The position numbers and the translations under genes are program-made. From the NCBI GenBank assembly GCA_964521025.1, contig CAZFPK010000011.1, positions 16,033-80,032 on the forward strand: a stretch of 64,000 nt of DNA, written 5' to 3'. The stretch comes from an uncultured Candidatus Cloacimonadota bacterium. Lineage in GTDB: Bacteria > Cloacimonadota > Cloacimonadia > Cloacimonadales > TCS61. Position 1 is the stretch's first letter. Every line of letters starts with the position of its first letter. Below the pieces are notes generated by a model. That model was not told where the DNA came from and searched no databases. It saw nothing but the letters and a program-made list of their open reading frames with translations. This document shows, one piece after another, positions 1 through 10,278 of this stretch.

Positions 1-1
1 G

Positions 2-226
2 GTCAAAGAAACCGGAAATATCGATCTTTCTATCTTTAATATCAAGGGACAGAAAATCAGAACTCTGGTAAATCGAGATATTTCCGAAAATGAACTAAAT
101 ACATTCATTTCTGCTATTTGGGATGGTAAGAATAATCTGGGTGATGAGGTAAATCCCGGAATTTATCTTTATAAACTAACGTTTGGTTCAAAAACTGTTA
201 CCAGGAAAATGATCCTGACGCGATAA
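2..226 (+). CDS. 3' fragment of a secreted protein ending in a T9SS-type C-terminal sorting domain (5' end outside the window)
   Basis: The frame is open from the window edge to TAA at 224-226. The translation ...DLSIFNIKGQKIRTLV...GIYLYKLTFGSKTVTRKMIL matches the CTD pattern repeated in other genes here. Confidence 0.7.
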   Translation, partial: VKETGNIDLSIFNIKGQKIRTLVNRDISENELNTFISAIWDGKNNLGDEVNPGIYLYKLTFGSKTVTRKMILTR

Positions 227-291
227 CATCCCCTTGTTACCAATCCCCTGATTGGTAACACAATTAACCTTTCATCAAAAAAAAAATAATA

Positions 292-322
292 AATTGCCCT
301 TAATTTCAAGGGCAATTTTATT
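292..322 (+). terminator. Rho-independent terminator-like hairpin
   Basis: The stem aattgccctt/aagggcaatt (10 bp, 6-nt loop) is followed by a T-rich tail, downstream of the partial CDS. Confidence 0.6.
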
Positions 323-347
323 ATAAAACAAATTTTTGGAGGAAAAA

Positions 348-3300
348 ATGAAAACTGTAAAAACAGTTTTATTCTTTGCTTTTATCCTGATTGGAACATT
401 ATCCATTTTCGCTGACAATCCTTATGCGATCAGTCTCGACGGAGGAGAATCATTTTATGTGAACGACGGCAATAATGCTCTCGATGTTTCGGCTCATTGG
501 ACTTTTGAAGCCTGGATAAAGGTCGGAAGTTATGTTTCCGGAGATTGGGATTGCATTATGGATCGGAGAACCGTGTTTTCATTCTATTTGATCGACGATA
601 TAACCGAACCGGTTGGAGATTATGCCGTGAAATTTGCGGCTCGGGATGGCTCCACGATCGTTGCATCCATGCAATCGGATTCGCTGGCAACCATGAATTT
701 CGGTACCTGGTATCATGTCGCGGCAAATTATGATTCCACGGAAGCAAAACTTTTTGTTAATGATACGGAAGTCGATACAAGTTCCGATTCTCTCTGGTCA
801 TTGACTTCCTCGACAAATGCGATAAATTTAGGAGGTCGCTGGTGGGGTTCCTATTCCCGTCAAATGACCGATACAGATATCGATGAAATTAGAGTATCGA
901 ATGTAGCGAGAGCGATCGGTGAAATGCAGACTAATGTCGATGATGACCCGTACACAGTCGATACCAATACGGTTTTATTAATGCATCTGAATGACGAGGG
1001 AAATCCCCCGACTTATGAATCCGGAACTGATCCTGTTTTAGACGGTTTCACCGGAGATGATGATATCTCCACAGCGGATTATGTCGATCCGGGTACTTTG
1101 ACTTTCGGTGATCAATCTGCCCCGGTTTTTGCTTCCACTTATCCGAAAGTCCAGAATGAAACCGGAACGAGTATGGAACTCGCAGTTCAGATCGATGAAG
1201 ATGGAACTGCCTATTATGTCGTATTGGCAGATAGTGCCGCTGCTCCGACAGTTGCGGAAGTAAAAGCAGGAACAGGAAGCGGAGGAACTCCTGCAATCGA
1301 GAATGGTGATATTTCCTTACTCGCCGATACGGAAAATACGGATTTGATCGAAGGTTTGACGCAAAATACTCAGTACGATATTTATGTTGTCGCCGAAGAT
1401 GATGAAGTTCCGCCTAATGTGCAGGACGCGGTTACGAAAATCGATGCGGGTACCATTATCGAAGATGAAGATCCGCCAGTGTTCGTGGAAAATTATCCGA
1501 TGATCATCGATACAACCGCAACTACCCTGGAATTAGCCGCCAAGATAGATGAGAATGGTATCGCTTATTTTGTCGTATTGGAAAATGATGCGGCCGCACC
1601 GACAGTTCAGGAAGTGAAAGCAGGAACAGGCAGCGGTGGTTCGGAAGCGATCGATTCCGGTGATATTCCTCTCACAGCAGATTCAGAGAATTCAGTAGTT
1701 ATCGATAGTTTGGGAGAAAGCACGGATTTTGATATTTATGTCGTTGCCGAAGATGATGCTGTTCCTCCCAATTTACAGGATACGGTTTCCAGGATCGATG
1801 CAAATACTCTTCTTAATTATCGAACTCAACGCACCGGGTTCTGGTCAAATCATTCGAGCTGGGAAAGATACAACGGAACCAGCTGGATCAATGCCGACAA
1901 TCCTCCGACTTTTCTGGACAATACGATTTCCATCCTGTCTTCTCATACATTAACTTTATCCGATACAACCAAAATCGATCAAATGACTATCGAAGCGAAT
2001 GCTCAATTAACAGTTGCAGAAAACGGATATTTTACCGTTAATAACGGTTCAGGGATCGATCTTTCGGTCTTTGGAATTTTAAGAAAAGAAGGGAACGGGA
2101 TAATAACCAGGTTGGACGATCCGGTAATTGAATTCACCAGCGGAAGTAAATTTGAACTTGCCGGTACAAATAGATACATAATTGTTGCTGATTGGAATGA
2201 GAATTCGACCTGTGAAATCAACGGTGAAATTGGTGGAGATATGTCCGCAACTTATCATACGGATCAGGCTTTCGGGAATTTTGTCTGGAATTGCCCGACT
2301 CAGACAGATAATGTGTATTTTTCCGGAGCTTTGGATGATATAAACGGAGATTTCCAATTAATAGATACGAACGGATATGAATTCAGGTTAACCGGAACTG
2401 CCGGAGATGATCCTGCTGTTTATATCGAAGGAAATGCGACGATTTCCGGAGGAATTCTCAATCTCACAAGCGGAGATAACAACATTTTCTTTATCTGTGA
2501 CAGCAATTTTGTCCAAACCGGTGGAGAAATAAAAGCAACAGGAACAGGATCGGGAAATTTAAGATTCGGACCGATGACAGGTTCCGGATATGAAGGAACA
2601 TTCACTCATTCCGGCGGAACATTCACTCCCGATGATATCCGGATCAGGGAAAGTTATGCGTTAACTTTAAACTCCAACATGAATATCGGAACTGCTCCTT
2701 TCACCATTAACGGAGATCTTATATGCGGAAACTACGACATCGAGGGTACCGGATTAGTAACTCTTGGAAATAGCGGACAGATCGCTCTTACTTCCGACCT
2801 CGATCTCGATGAAGCCGGATTTGTGGTCGATGGAATTTTGGAATGCGGAATTTATACGATCTCGGGAGACAGCACTTTCACCATCAATTCTTCCGGAATA
2901 ATCAGAACCGGACACACGCAAGGTTTGAACGGAACTATCCTGCTCAACGGTACAAAAACTTTCAATCCGAATGCAGATTATGAATTTAACGGTACATCTC
3001 CGCAAGTAACCGGTTCGTATCTTCCTCCTGAAATTTCCGACGGTTTATGGATCATCAATCCAACCGGAGTTTCTCTGTCGGACAGCACCATGATCAGCGG
3101 TGGAAATACAGGTTTGGTCTTGCGGGATGGAAAATTGATTACATCTTCCGAAAATACCCTTACCTTCGCAACCGACGGCGGATGGACAGAAGCCAGTGAC
3201 AGTAGCTTCATCTCCGGTCCGGTTATCAAAATTAGAAGCTCGACTACCGGATTTTTATTCCCACTTGGAAAAGATGATATTTACGCTCCTCTCCAAATCT

Positions 3301-3860
3301 TCCCGGAATCTGCCGATGAAACAATTTTCCAGGCAGAATATTTTGACGAATCTTATTCCGATACATCGACCTGCGAAGATAGTCTGGGAGAGATAAGTAC
3401 AGTCGAATACTGGACTCTGGACAGGTTGGAAGGAATTGCAGATGCAAAAGTCAGGTTATATTGGGGAGACCATAGTTTCGGAACGATTCCCGATTCTCTC
3501 GTTGTTGCCAGATGGGACAGCACTTTATGGGTCGATGCCGGACAATACGAGATCGATTTAACCGACCAATGGATCACATCGGAAACTGTCGAAGAATTCA
3601 GTCCATTTACTTTTGGAGCAATTCAGACGGGAACTCCGCAACCTCCCGACACTCCGGCAAATGTTCAGATAACGATTGCCAGAACAGAAGTTACAATTTC
3701 CTGGGATGAAGTCACCGCAGCGACTTCTTATTCGGTTTACAGTTCGGATGATCCTTATGCGGAAACCTTCGATCTCGAACAAGCAGGTATAACCGAACTT
3801 AATTGGACAGGTACAATTTCTGACGACTTGAAGTTTTATCGGGTTACTTCGAGCAATTGA
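348..3860 (+). CDS. Large secreted surface protein: N-terminal LamG/concanavalin-like domain, two tandem ~118-aa repeats, a long beta-rich module and a C-terminal FN3-like domain
   Basis: The ORF-track frame is 336..3860. ATG at 348 follows GGAGG and gives the signal peptide MKTVKTVLFFAFILIGTLSIFA. LamG-like motifs are HWTFEAWIKVGS...WYHVAANYD...KLFVND. The gene ends with TGA. Confidence 0.8.
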   Translation: MKTVKTVLFFAFILIGTLSIFADNPYAISLDGGESFYVNDGNNALDVSAHWTFEAWIKVGSYVSGDWDCIMDRRTVFSFYLIDDITEPVGDYAVKFAARDGSTIVASMQSDSLATMNFGTWYHVAANYDSTEAKLFVNDTEVDTSSDSLWSLTSSTNAINLGGRWWGSYSRQMTDTDIDEIRVSNVARAIGEMQTNVDDDPYTVDTNTVLLMHLNDEGNPPTYESGTDPVLDGFTGDDDISTADYVDPGTLTFGDQSAPVFASTYPKVQNETGTSMELAVQIDEDGTAYYVVLADSAAAPTVAEVKAGTGSGGTPAIENGDISLLADTENTDLIEGLTQNTQYDIYVVAEDDEVPPNVQDAVTKIDAGTIIEDEDPPVFVENYPMIIDTTATTLELAAKIDENGIAYFVVLENDAAAPTVQEVKAGTGSGGSEAIDSGDIPLTADSENSVVIDSLGESTDFDIYVVAEDDAVPPNLQDTVSRIDANTLLNYRTQRTGFWSNHSSWERYNGTSWINADNPPTFLDNTISILSSHTLTLSDTTKIDQMTIEANAQLTVAENGYFTVNNGSGIDLSVFGILRKEGNGIITRLDDPVIEFTSGSKFELAGTNRYIIVADWNENSTCEINGEIGGDMSATYHTDQAFGNFVWNCPTQTDNVYFSGALDDINGDFQLIDTNGYEFRLTGTAGDDPAVYIEGNATISGGILNLTSGDNNIFFICDSNFVQTGGEIKATGTGSGNLRFGPMTGSGYEGTFTHSGGTFTPDDIRIRESYALTLNSNMNIGTAPFTINGDLICGNYDIEGTGLVTLGNSGQIALTSDLDLDEAGFVVDGILECGIYTISGDSTFTINSSGIIRTGHTQGLNGTILLNGTKTFNPNADYEFNGTSPQVTGSYLPPEISDGLWIINPTGVSLSDSTMISGGNTGLVLRDGKLITSSENTLTFATDGGWTEASDSSFISGPVIKIRSSTTGFLFPLGKDDIYAPLQIFPESADETIFQAEYFDESYSDTSTCEDSLGEISTVEYWTLDRLEGIADAKVRLYWGDHSFGTIPDSLVVARWDSTLWVDAGQYEIDLTDQWITSETVEEFSPFTFGAIQTGTPQPPDTPANVQITIARTEVTISWDEVTAATSYSVYSSDDPYAETFDLEQAGITELNWTGTISDDLKFYRVTSSN

Positions 3861-3861
3861 T

Positions 3862-4344
3862 TATTCGACTCGTAAGGAGGAAGGACAACGAGTTGAAACC
3901 ATTCTTCCTTTTACTTGTTCCCACGCTCACGCGTGGCAACACACTTTTATTACGCTCTGCGTAAGTTCATTCGACGCTGGAGCATCCGATCAGCATTCCA
4001 CGCAGGAGCGTTGGAACGAGGAACGTAGGAGGGAGTGTTCGATCAGCATTCCAACGCAGGAGCATTGGAACAAGGAAAAAAACTCTGAAAGAGTTTAATA
4101 TCAATAACCACAAGAGAATCTTGTGGAAAAATGAATATCATGAAACAACTCCGAAGGAGTTGAACATAAGAGAAACATAATATCAAATTATTAGTCTATT
4201 TATTCAATCCTTTCAGGATTATTATCTTTTAGAATCTCATTTCCGGAGATTCCATCTCCGGTTATTCACATTTGATCAGGCAGCTGCCTGATTGAAGGAA
4301 TTCAACTTCGATTTCGACTCGTCGCTGCGCTTACGAGTCGAATA
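3862..4344. repeat. Hairpin-rich intergenic island bounded by perfect 15-bp inverted repeats (MITE-like)
   Basis: tattcgactcgtaag (3862-3876) is the reverse complement of cttacgagtcgaata (4330-4344). At least 9 short perfect stem-loops and one 34-35-nt direct repeat pair lie inside. Confidence 0.6.
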
Positions 4345-4353
4345 GGTTAAATT

Positions 4354-7300
4354 ATGAAAAAATTAAGTTTATACATTTTATCGATCATATTAACAACTTC
4401 GTTATTTTCCTTCCCGCAGGATTTCCAAACTGCAAAAAAAGTCGCAGAAAATTTCCTGGAAAGCAGATCTCGAGAAAAGCAATTTTCCGCACATTTTGTT
4501 TTAGAAGAAAATAACCGAGTTCTCTGCTACATTTTCAATTACGAACCGGAAACTTTTATCGCAGTAACAGCAGATAATGATATTTTTCCAATCATTGCTT
4601 ATTCTCTCCAAAACAAGTTTTTCCAAAAAGAGAGCATCATCGCAGAATTTTTGATCCATGATATTTCTTCAAAACTGGATTTTTACAGAAACAATCCTGA
4701 ATCAGCCGCGATCAATCATTTAAAATGGGAACAATATCTCGAGGGAAATATCACTGCGAGAGATTTCCAGCAATGGCCCGCAGCCGGCACAACAGAAACC
4801 GGAGGCTGGGTAGAAACAAATTGGGATCAATATGCACCTTACAACAATTTCTGTCCTCTCGATGATCTCGATGAGCGCTGTAAAGTCGGTTGTGTGGCAA
4901 ATGCCATGTGCCAGATCATCAATTTTCATGAATACATCGGCACCCCTTTTTTTGATGATGACGATGATTATGATGCCGGAGACGGGATCGATATCGACGA
5001 TGATCACGATACTCGCGATTTTCCATCTTTCCCGGAACTGAACGATTATCTGGATACTCTCGCAACCCGTTATGAAAACGGTGATTCTTTAACTGACAAC
5101 GATATTGCTGCTTTAAATTTTGCCGGTGCTGTTACTTGTGAGATGCAGTTCAGTTCGACAGGTTCGGGTTCTTCCACCGGGTTTGTGGATAATGCTCTCA
5201 CCGAAAAATTTGATTATCTTTATGCTCAATATTTTTATGAAGAAACCAGCGATTTTTATGAAAAACTGAAACAGAATATGATCCATCGAAAACCTGCACA
5301 ACTATCGATCTGGCGAAGTTATCGTGGTGGACATTCGATCGTCTGTGATGGCTATAACACCGATGATTATTATCATCTTAATATGGGCTGGGCAACTACT
5401 GACAGCACTTTCTGGTTTTATCTTCCCGATTCACTTCCCAATAATTATGAATCGATCGTAGGAGCAGTTTTGGATATTACTCCGCAATCACTGGAATTTC
5501 GTTCCGTTACTTCCGGAAATTGGTATGATCCGGATGTTTGGGAAGTTTACGAAAATGGGAGTTGGATTCCTGCAACTTCCTTACCGACTTCCTTTTCTCA
5601 AACGATCACGATCCGGGATGGAGACGAAGTCACGGTCAGCCAAAATGTCCGGGCAGATGAGATCATTGTCAATTCCGGAGGGCAATTAAATATCGCTGAA
5701 AATATGATTTTGTATTTGAATAATGGAGCCGGAACAGACCTGGAAGTTTATGGAATCATTAAAAAAAGCGGCAGCATCACGAGAAGCAGCGGAGCAACAA
5801 TTTCCATAAAAGACGGAGGAATTTATCGACACAACACTGATTTATCTGTCTCAACTGCAACCTGGGAAAGCGACTCGACTTGTGAAATTATCGGAGTTGG
5901 AGAAGGAACGAGTTATCTGACGCTGGAAAATGTCGATCAGGAATTTTATCATTTTGCTTGGAATTGTCCCTCTCAAGCGAGGAATGTTGGTTTTCTTGGG
6001 AATCTGACGCACTTAAACGGTGATTTCCAAATAATCGATTCCAACCAGAAAGATGTTCGGTTGGTTCATGATTATAACACAGAAATAATTGTGGAAGGAA
6101 ATATTGAGATTTCCGGTGGAGTTCTGGAATTGACCAACGGAGATGGTGATTGCGATCTTTTTTGTTATGGAGATTTCAATTTATCAGATGGAATTGTCAG
6201 ATTAAAAAGCGGAAGTTCAGGAAGTGTTTGGGCTTACGGAGTTCTTATCTGTCACGGAAATTACATCCAGACAGGAGGAGAAATTTCTCAAGACGGAACC
6301 GGAAACGGAGAAGGAAGATTAAGATTTGAAGGTGCGGAAGGAAGTTATTTCAGTCATTCGGGAGGAACTTTCGATCCGGAGAATATTGCAGTTCGCTCCA
6401 CGGAAGATTCGAGATATTTGACTTTACAAACAGATATAAATATTGGCAGCAATCTTTTTACAGTTTTTGGAACTTTAGATTGTGAAAATTATTCAATTAT
6501 CGGTTCCGGAGAATTCGATTTACGGTCTTCAGGAGTTTTTAAAACTTCTAATCAAAACGGAATAAACGGATCGGTGCAAGTTAGCGGAACAAAAACTTTT
6601 AACGCTGATGCTGATTATGAATTTTCCGGAAATTACGCACAAATAACCGGAACTTATCTTCCAACCGAAATCACAGACGGATTATTCATAGAGAATTCAA
6701 CAGGAGTAACTTTATCCCAAAACACAACCATCAGCAGCGGAAATTCCGGACTGAATCTTATCGATGGAAAACTGTTTACTACTGATTCTACTTTATTTAC
6801 TTTCGCACCTGATGGAGATTGGACTGCAACTTCAGACAGCAGTTTTATTTCCGGACCTGTAAAAAAAATATCCAATTCGACAGATTCTTTTAAATTTCCA
6901 ACCGGAAAAGATTCTATTTTCGCTCCTCTCGAAATTATTCCCGAATCATCTTCGGAAGCAACTTTCCAGGCAGAATATTTCTCTGAAACTTTCGGAGATT
7001 TAACAACCTGCAATGACAGCCTGACAAATATCAGTTCAGTCGAATATTGGAATTTGGACAGAATTTCCGGAAATGCGGATGCGAAAGTCAGGTTATATTG
7101 GAATGAGTATAGTTTTGAAGAAATCCCGGATTCGCTGGTTGTCTGTAGATGGAATGATTCTTGTTGGGAAAATGCCGGTCAGTATGAAATCGATTTTGAA
7201 AATTGGTGGATAACTTCCGAAACTGTTTCCGAATTTTGTCCTTTCACTTTCGGAGAGATTTTATTGGAAATTCCGCGACCGGAAAATGTTCAGATTTCTG

Positions 7301-7485
7301 TGTCGGATTCGGTTGTTACAATTCAATGGAATGAAGTTCCGGAAGCAACTTCCTACAAAATCTACAGTTCGGAAAATCCTTATTCTGAAGTTTGGGATTT
7401 GGAACAATCTGGAATAACAGATACTATTTGGAGCGAAAGCATTTCGGGTTTGAAAAAATTCTATTATGTTACCGGGAATAATTGA
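4354..7485 (+). CDS. Secreted C10-family (streptopain-like) cysteine protease fused to a ~680-aa module shared with the upstream gene
   Basis: Signal peptide, then an N-terminal propeptide/inhibitor-like region. The catalytic Cys context is CKVGCVANAMCQIINFHEY and the His context is GGHSIVCDGYNTDDYYHLNMGW. The C-terminal two-thirds are alignable by eye to 1824-3860. Confidence 0.8.
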   Translation: MKKLSLYILSIILTTSLFSFPQDFQTAKKVAENFLESRSREKQFSAHFVLEENNRVLCYIFNYEPETFIAVTADNDIFPIIAYSLQNKFFQKESIIAEFLIHDISSKLDFYRNNPESAAINHLKWEQYLEGNITARDFQQWPAAGTTETGGWVETNWDQYAPYNNFCPLDDLDERCKVGCVANAMCQIINFHEYIGTPFFDDDDDYDAGDGIDIDDDHDTRDFPSFPELNDYLDTLATRYENGDSLTDNDIAALNFAGAVTCEMQFSSTGSGSSTGFVDNALTEKFDYLYAQYFYEETSDFYEKLKQNMIHRKPAQLSIWRSYRGGHSIVCDGYNTDDYYHLNMGWATTDSTFWFYLPDSLPNNYESIVGAVLDITPQSLEFRSVTSGNWYDPDVWEVYENGSWIPATSLPTSFSQTITIRDGDEVTVSQNVRADEIIVNSGGQLNIAENMILYLNNGAGTDLEVYGIIKKSGSITRSSGATISIKDGGIYRHNTDLSVSTATWESDSTCEIIGVGEGTSYLTLENVDQEFYHFAWNCPSQARNVGFLGNLTHLNGDFQIIDSNQKDVRLVHDYNTEIIVEGNIEISGGVLELTNGDGDCDLFCYGDFNLSDGIVRLKSGSSGSVWAYGVLICHGNYIQTGGEISQDGTGNGEGRLRFEGAEGSYFSHSGGTFDPENIAVRSTEDSRYLTLQTDINIGSNLFTVFGTLDCENYSIIGSGEFDLRSSGVFKTSNQNGINGSVQVSGTKTFNADADYEFSGNYAQITGTYLPTEITDGLFIENSTGVTLSQNTTISSGNSGLNLIDGKLFTTDSTLFTFAPDGDWTATSDSSFISGPVKKISNSTDSFKFPTGKDSIFAPLEIIPESSSEATFQAEYFSETFGDLTTCNDSLTNISSVEYWNLDRISGNADAKVRLYWNEYSFEEIPDSLVVCRWNDSCWENAGQYEIDFENWWITSETVSEFCPFTFGEILLEIPRPENVQISVSDSVVTIQWNEVPEATSYKIYSSENPYSEVWDLEQSGITDTIWSESISGLKKFYYVTGNN

Positions 7486-7573
7486 GTTATATTGTTTTAG
7501 ATGATTTGAAACCCACTGGCCTTCATAGGGTTTCTAACGGGTGGAGTTCAGTATAATAGATTGAGTGAAGAAA

Positions 7574-10216
7574 ATGAAAAAACCAATCATTCTTATAATT
7601 TTATCGATACTATCGATACAACTAATTTCCAAAACGCAAAACATAATTAATTCCAAAACAGTCGCAAACAACTTCTTTCATAGCAAATCCCAAAACCTGA
7701 AACTTACAGATTCGTATCCAATCAAAAAAATAAATAAAAACCTTTTTTACATTTTCAATTACGAACCTTCATCTTTCGTAGCCGTCAGTGCCGATAATGT
7801 TATTTTCCCAATAATCGCTTATTCATTCAAAAATTCTATTCAAAAAAAAGACATCGAACAAAGTCTGCTTATAAAAATTCTCAAACAAGATATTTCCCGA
7901 AGATTAAAATACTTCCAAAATTTTCCAGCTGCTGCTGAAAAGAATCAACAAAAATGGAAAGAATTTTTATCCGGAAATACCCACAACCGTGATTTCCAGC
8001 AGTGGCCCGTTCCCGGCTCGACCATAACCGATGGCTGGATCGAGACCAGATGGACTCAAGAAGGAATTTATGATAATTTCTGTCCGCTGGATAATGAAGA
8101 CGAACGCTGTAAAGTCGGATGTGTGGCAACTGCTATGGCTCAAATCGTCAATTTTCATGAATATCTGGGGAATATTTCATTTGATAATTCCGACGATTAT
8201 TATGCCGGAAATGGAATAGATATCGACGATGATCATAATACGCGGGATTTCCCTTCCTTCCCGGAATTGAACGGCTATCTTCTCGATCTCTGGAATCATT
8301 ACGAACACGGAGTCGAACTGACGGATGATGATAAAGCCGCTCTTTCATTTGCTTGCGGAGTTACGGTGGAAATGCAGTTCAGTGCAAATGGTTCGAGTGC
8401 TTCCACAACCGATGTTGTTCCTGCTTTACTGAACAAATTCGATTTTGATTCTGCCGAATACCTGAATATGTACTGGAATTTTTATCCTGAACTCGCGGAA
8501 AATATGATAAATATGCAACCGGTGCAGCTTTCCATCTATAATCCTGCCGAACAGATTGGTCATTCGATAATTTGTGACGGTTACAATACTGACGAATATT
8601 TTCATCTCAATCTGGGTTGGGGAAGTTCCGATGAAACCTGCTGGTATCTGCTTCCGGATGAAATTCCGGATGGATATTCCATCGTCAACGGCGGTGTTTT
8701 TAATATCGAAGGGGGAGAGACTCCTTTTATTGTGAGTGGAAATATCGAAGTTCAGGGGGTTTCTACTATCGGAACTTACATCAAATTGGAAGGTGAATAT
8801 TCTTACGAAACATATTGCGAATTATTGAGCGGAGACTTCGAATTTCCTGCAGTAATGGAAGGATTTTATACTGCAACTGCTATTCTTGATGAAAGAGTTT
8901 ATTTTGAATCTTTCGATATTTATTTGGATGAGAATAACGATTATATCCAATTCGATCTCGGGCATTTTGAAGCAGTTACCGGAACTATTTCCGCTCCTGT
9001 AAATCCGGAAAATTGTTTCATTTCTTTATATCAGGATGAGACGATGCTTTATTCCGGAATTACTGGTGAGAACGGAGAATTTTCCATTCCGGATGTTCTT
9101 CCCGGAGAATATTTGGCAACCGCATGTTTAGATGGGAATTATTTCCAATCGCAAAATGTTACAATTACTTTGGAAAACCAGACTATCGATTTTGTTTTGG
9201 ATGAATATCCCGGAAATTTAGCGATTTCTTATTCCGGATATGTGGACGATGTCTGGAATTTTGTCCCGAATTATACGCTGACTTGTGCCATTAAATTAAC
9301 TCCTGAAGAACTCATTGAACATGAAAATGACCTCATTTCAAAAATCAGATTCAAATCTCCGATAAATCCGGAAGACGGTTTTTTATTCGCCCAAGTCTGG
9401 AATGAAGATGATCTTATTTCCGAGAAAGAAATTACAGATTTTTCAGCAGGAGAGTGGTTGGAAGTTGTTCTGAATAATTACATCATGATCGAAACTTCTT
9501 ATGAATATTATATTGGCTATAAAATTCAATCTGCAACCGGAGTTTTTTCTTATCACGACGCGAATCCGAGAGTTGTAGGAAAAGGAGCATTTACACGCAG
9601 CGGCGGTTGGACCGAACTTCCTCTTCAAAATGATTTCAATTTCTGTATCGATGCGATTTTGGTCAGTCAGGAATTTGGAACAATTCAGGGAAACATCGAG
9701 TTATCAAGCGGAAGCGGAGATATTATCGATGCTGTAATCAAAACTCAAAATTATATTTCTCATCCCGCTGAAAATGGATTTTATTCCTTTGACCTGAAAT
9801 CCGGAATTTATGATCTGACAGCTTCTCTGAAAGGTTATTCTTCCGCTACGATCGAGAATATAACCCTCCAGAATGATGAACTTGTTGAAAACCAGGATTT
9901 TGTTTTAGATAATACACATTCCGATGAAAGTTTTATTATCGATGATGAAAATTTAATTAGAATTTTTCCAAATCCTGCTCTCCAACAAATCGAAATAAAT
10001 TATTATTTGAAAGAGGATGCTTTTGTATGTTTGGAAATCTTTAATTTGAAAGGTCAGAAAATCAAAACTCTTGTATCCGAAAAACAAAATAAAGGAAATT
10101 ATAATGTGCAATTCGATGGTTTAAATAATCTTGAGAAAACAGTTTCTTCCGGGATTTATTTCATAAAATTATCTTTAAATAAAAACACTACTTTCAGAAA
10201 AATCGTAATATTTTAA
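7574..10216 (+). CDS. Secreted C10-family cysteine protease with CarboxypepD_reg-like beta-sandwich repeats and a T9SS C-terminal domain
   Basis: The ORF-track frame starts at GTG 7565; ATG 7574 gives MKKPIILIILSILS. It has CKVGCVATAMAQIVNFHEY and GHSIICDGYNTDEYFHLNLGW. The C-terminus is IFPNPALQQIEINYYL...SGIYFIKLSL...RKIVIF. Confidence 0.8.
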   Translation: MKKPIILIILSILSIQLISKTQNIINSKTVANNFFHSKSQNLKLTDSYPIKKINKNLFYIFNYEPSSFVAVSADNVIFPIIAYSFKNSIQKKDIEQSLLIKILKQDISRRLKYFQNFPAAAEKNQQKWKEFLSGNTHNRDFQQWPVPGSTITDGWIETRWTQEGIYDNFCPLDNEDERCKVGCVATAMAQIVNFHEYLGNISFDNSDDYYAGNGIDIDDDHNTRDFPSFPELNGYLLDLWNHYEHGVELTDDDKAALSFACGVTVEMQFSANGSSASTTDVVPALLNKFDFDSAEYLNMYWNFYPELAENMINMQPVQLSIYNPAEQIGHSIICDGYNTDEYFHLNLGWGSSDETCWYLLPDEIPDGYSIVNGGVFNIEGGETPFIVSGNIEVQGVSTIGTYIKLEGEYSYETYCELLSGDFEFPAVMEGFYTATAILDERVYFESFDIYLDENNDYIQFDLGHFEAVTGTISAPVNPENCFISLYQDETMLYSGITGENGEFSIPDVLPGEYLATACLDGNYFQSQNVTITLENQTIDFVLDEYPGNLAISYSGYVDDVWNFVPNYTLTCAIKLTPEELIEHENDLISKIRFKSPINPEDGFLFAQVWNEDDLISEKEITDFSAGEWLEVVLNNYIMIETSYEYYIGYKIQSATGVFSYHDANPRVVGKGAFTRSGGWTELPLQNDFNFCIDAILVSQEFGTIQGNIELSSGSGDIIDAVIKTQNYISHPAENGFYSFDLKSGIYDLTASLKGYSSATIENITLQNDELVENQDFVLDNTHSDESFIIDDENLIRIFPNPALQQIEINYYLKEDAFVCLEIFNLKGQKIKTLVSEKQNKGNYNVQFDGLNNLEKTVSSGIYFIKLSLNKNTTFRKIVIF

Positions 10217-10278
10217 ATAACCAACTAAAAAAGTTTTAATCTAACTTACTAAAATATTAAAAAATCTTCCATAAATTC

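Noticed and set aside
3988-4075. Two 34-35-nt direct repeats (gatcagcattcca(a)cgcaggagc(g/a)ttggaac(g/a)agg) that could hint at a CRISPR array
   Set aside because: There are only two copies, the spacer is about 19 nt, the repeats are imperfect and no cas genes are nearby. It fits the hairpin/REP-like island better.
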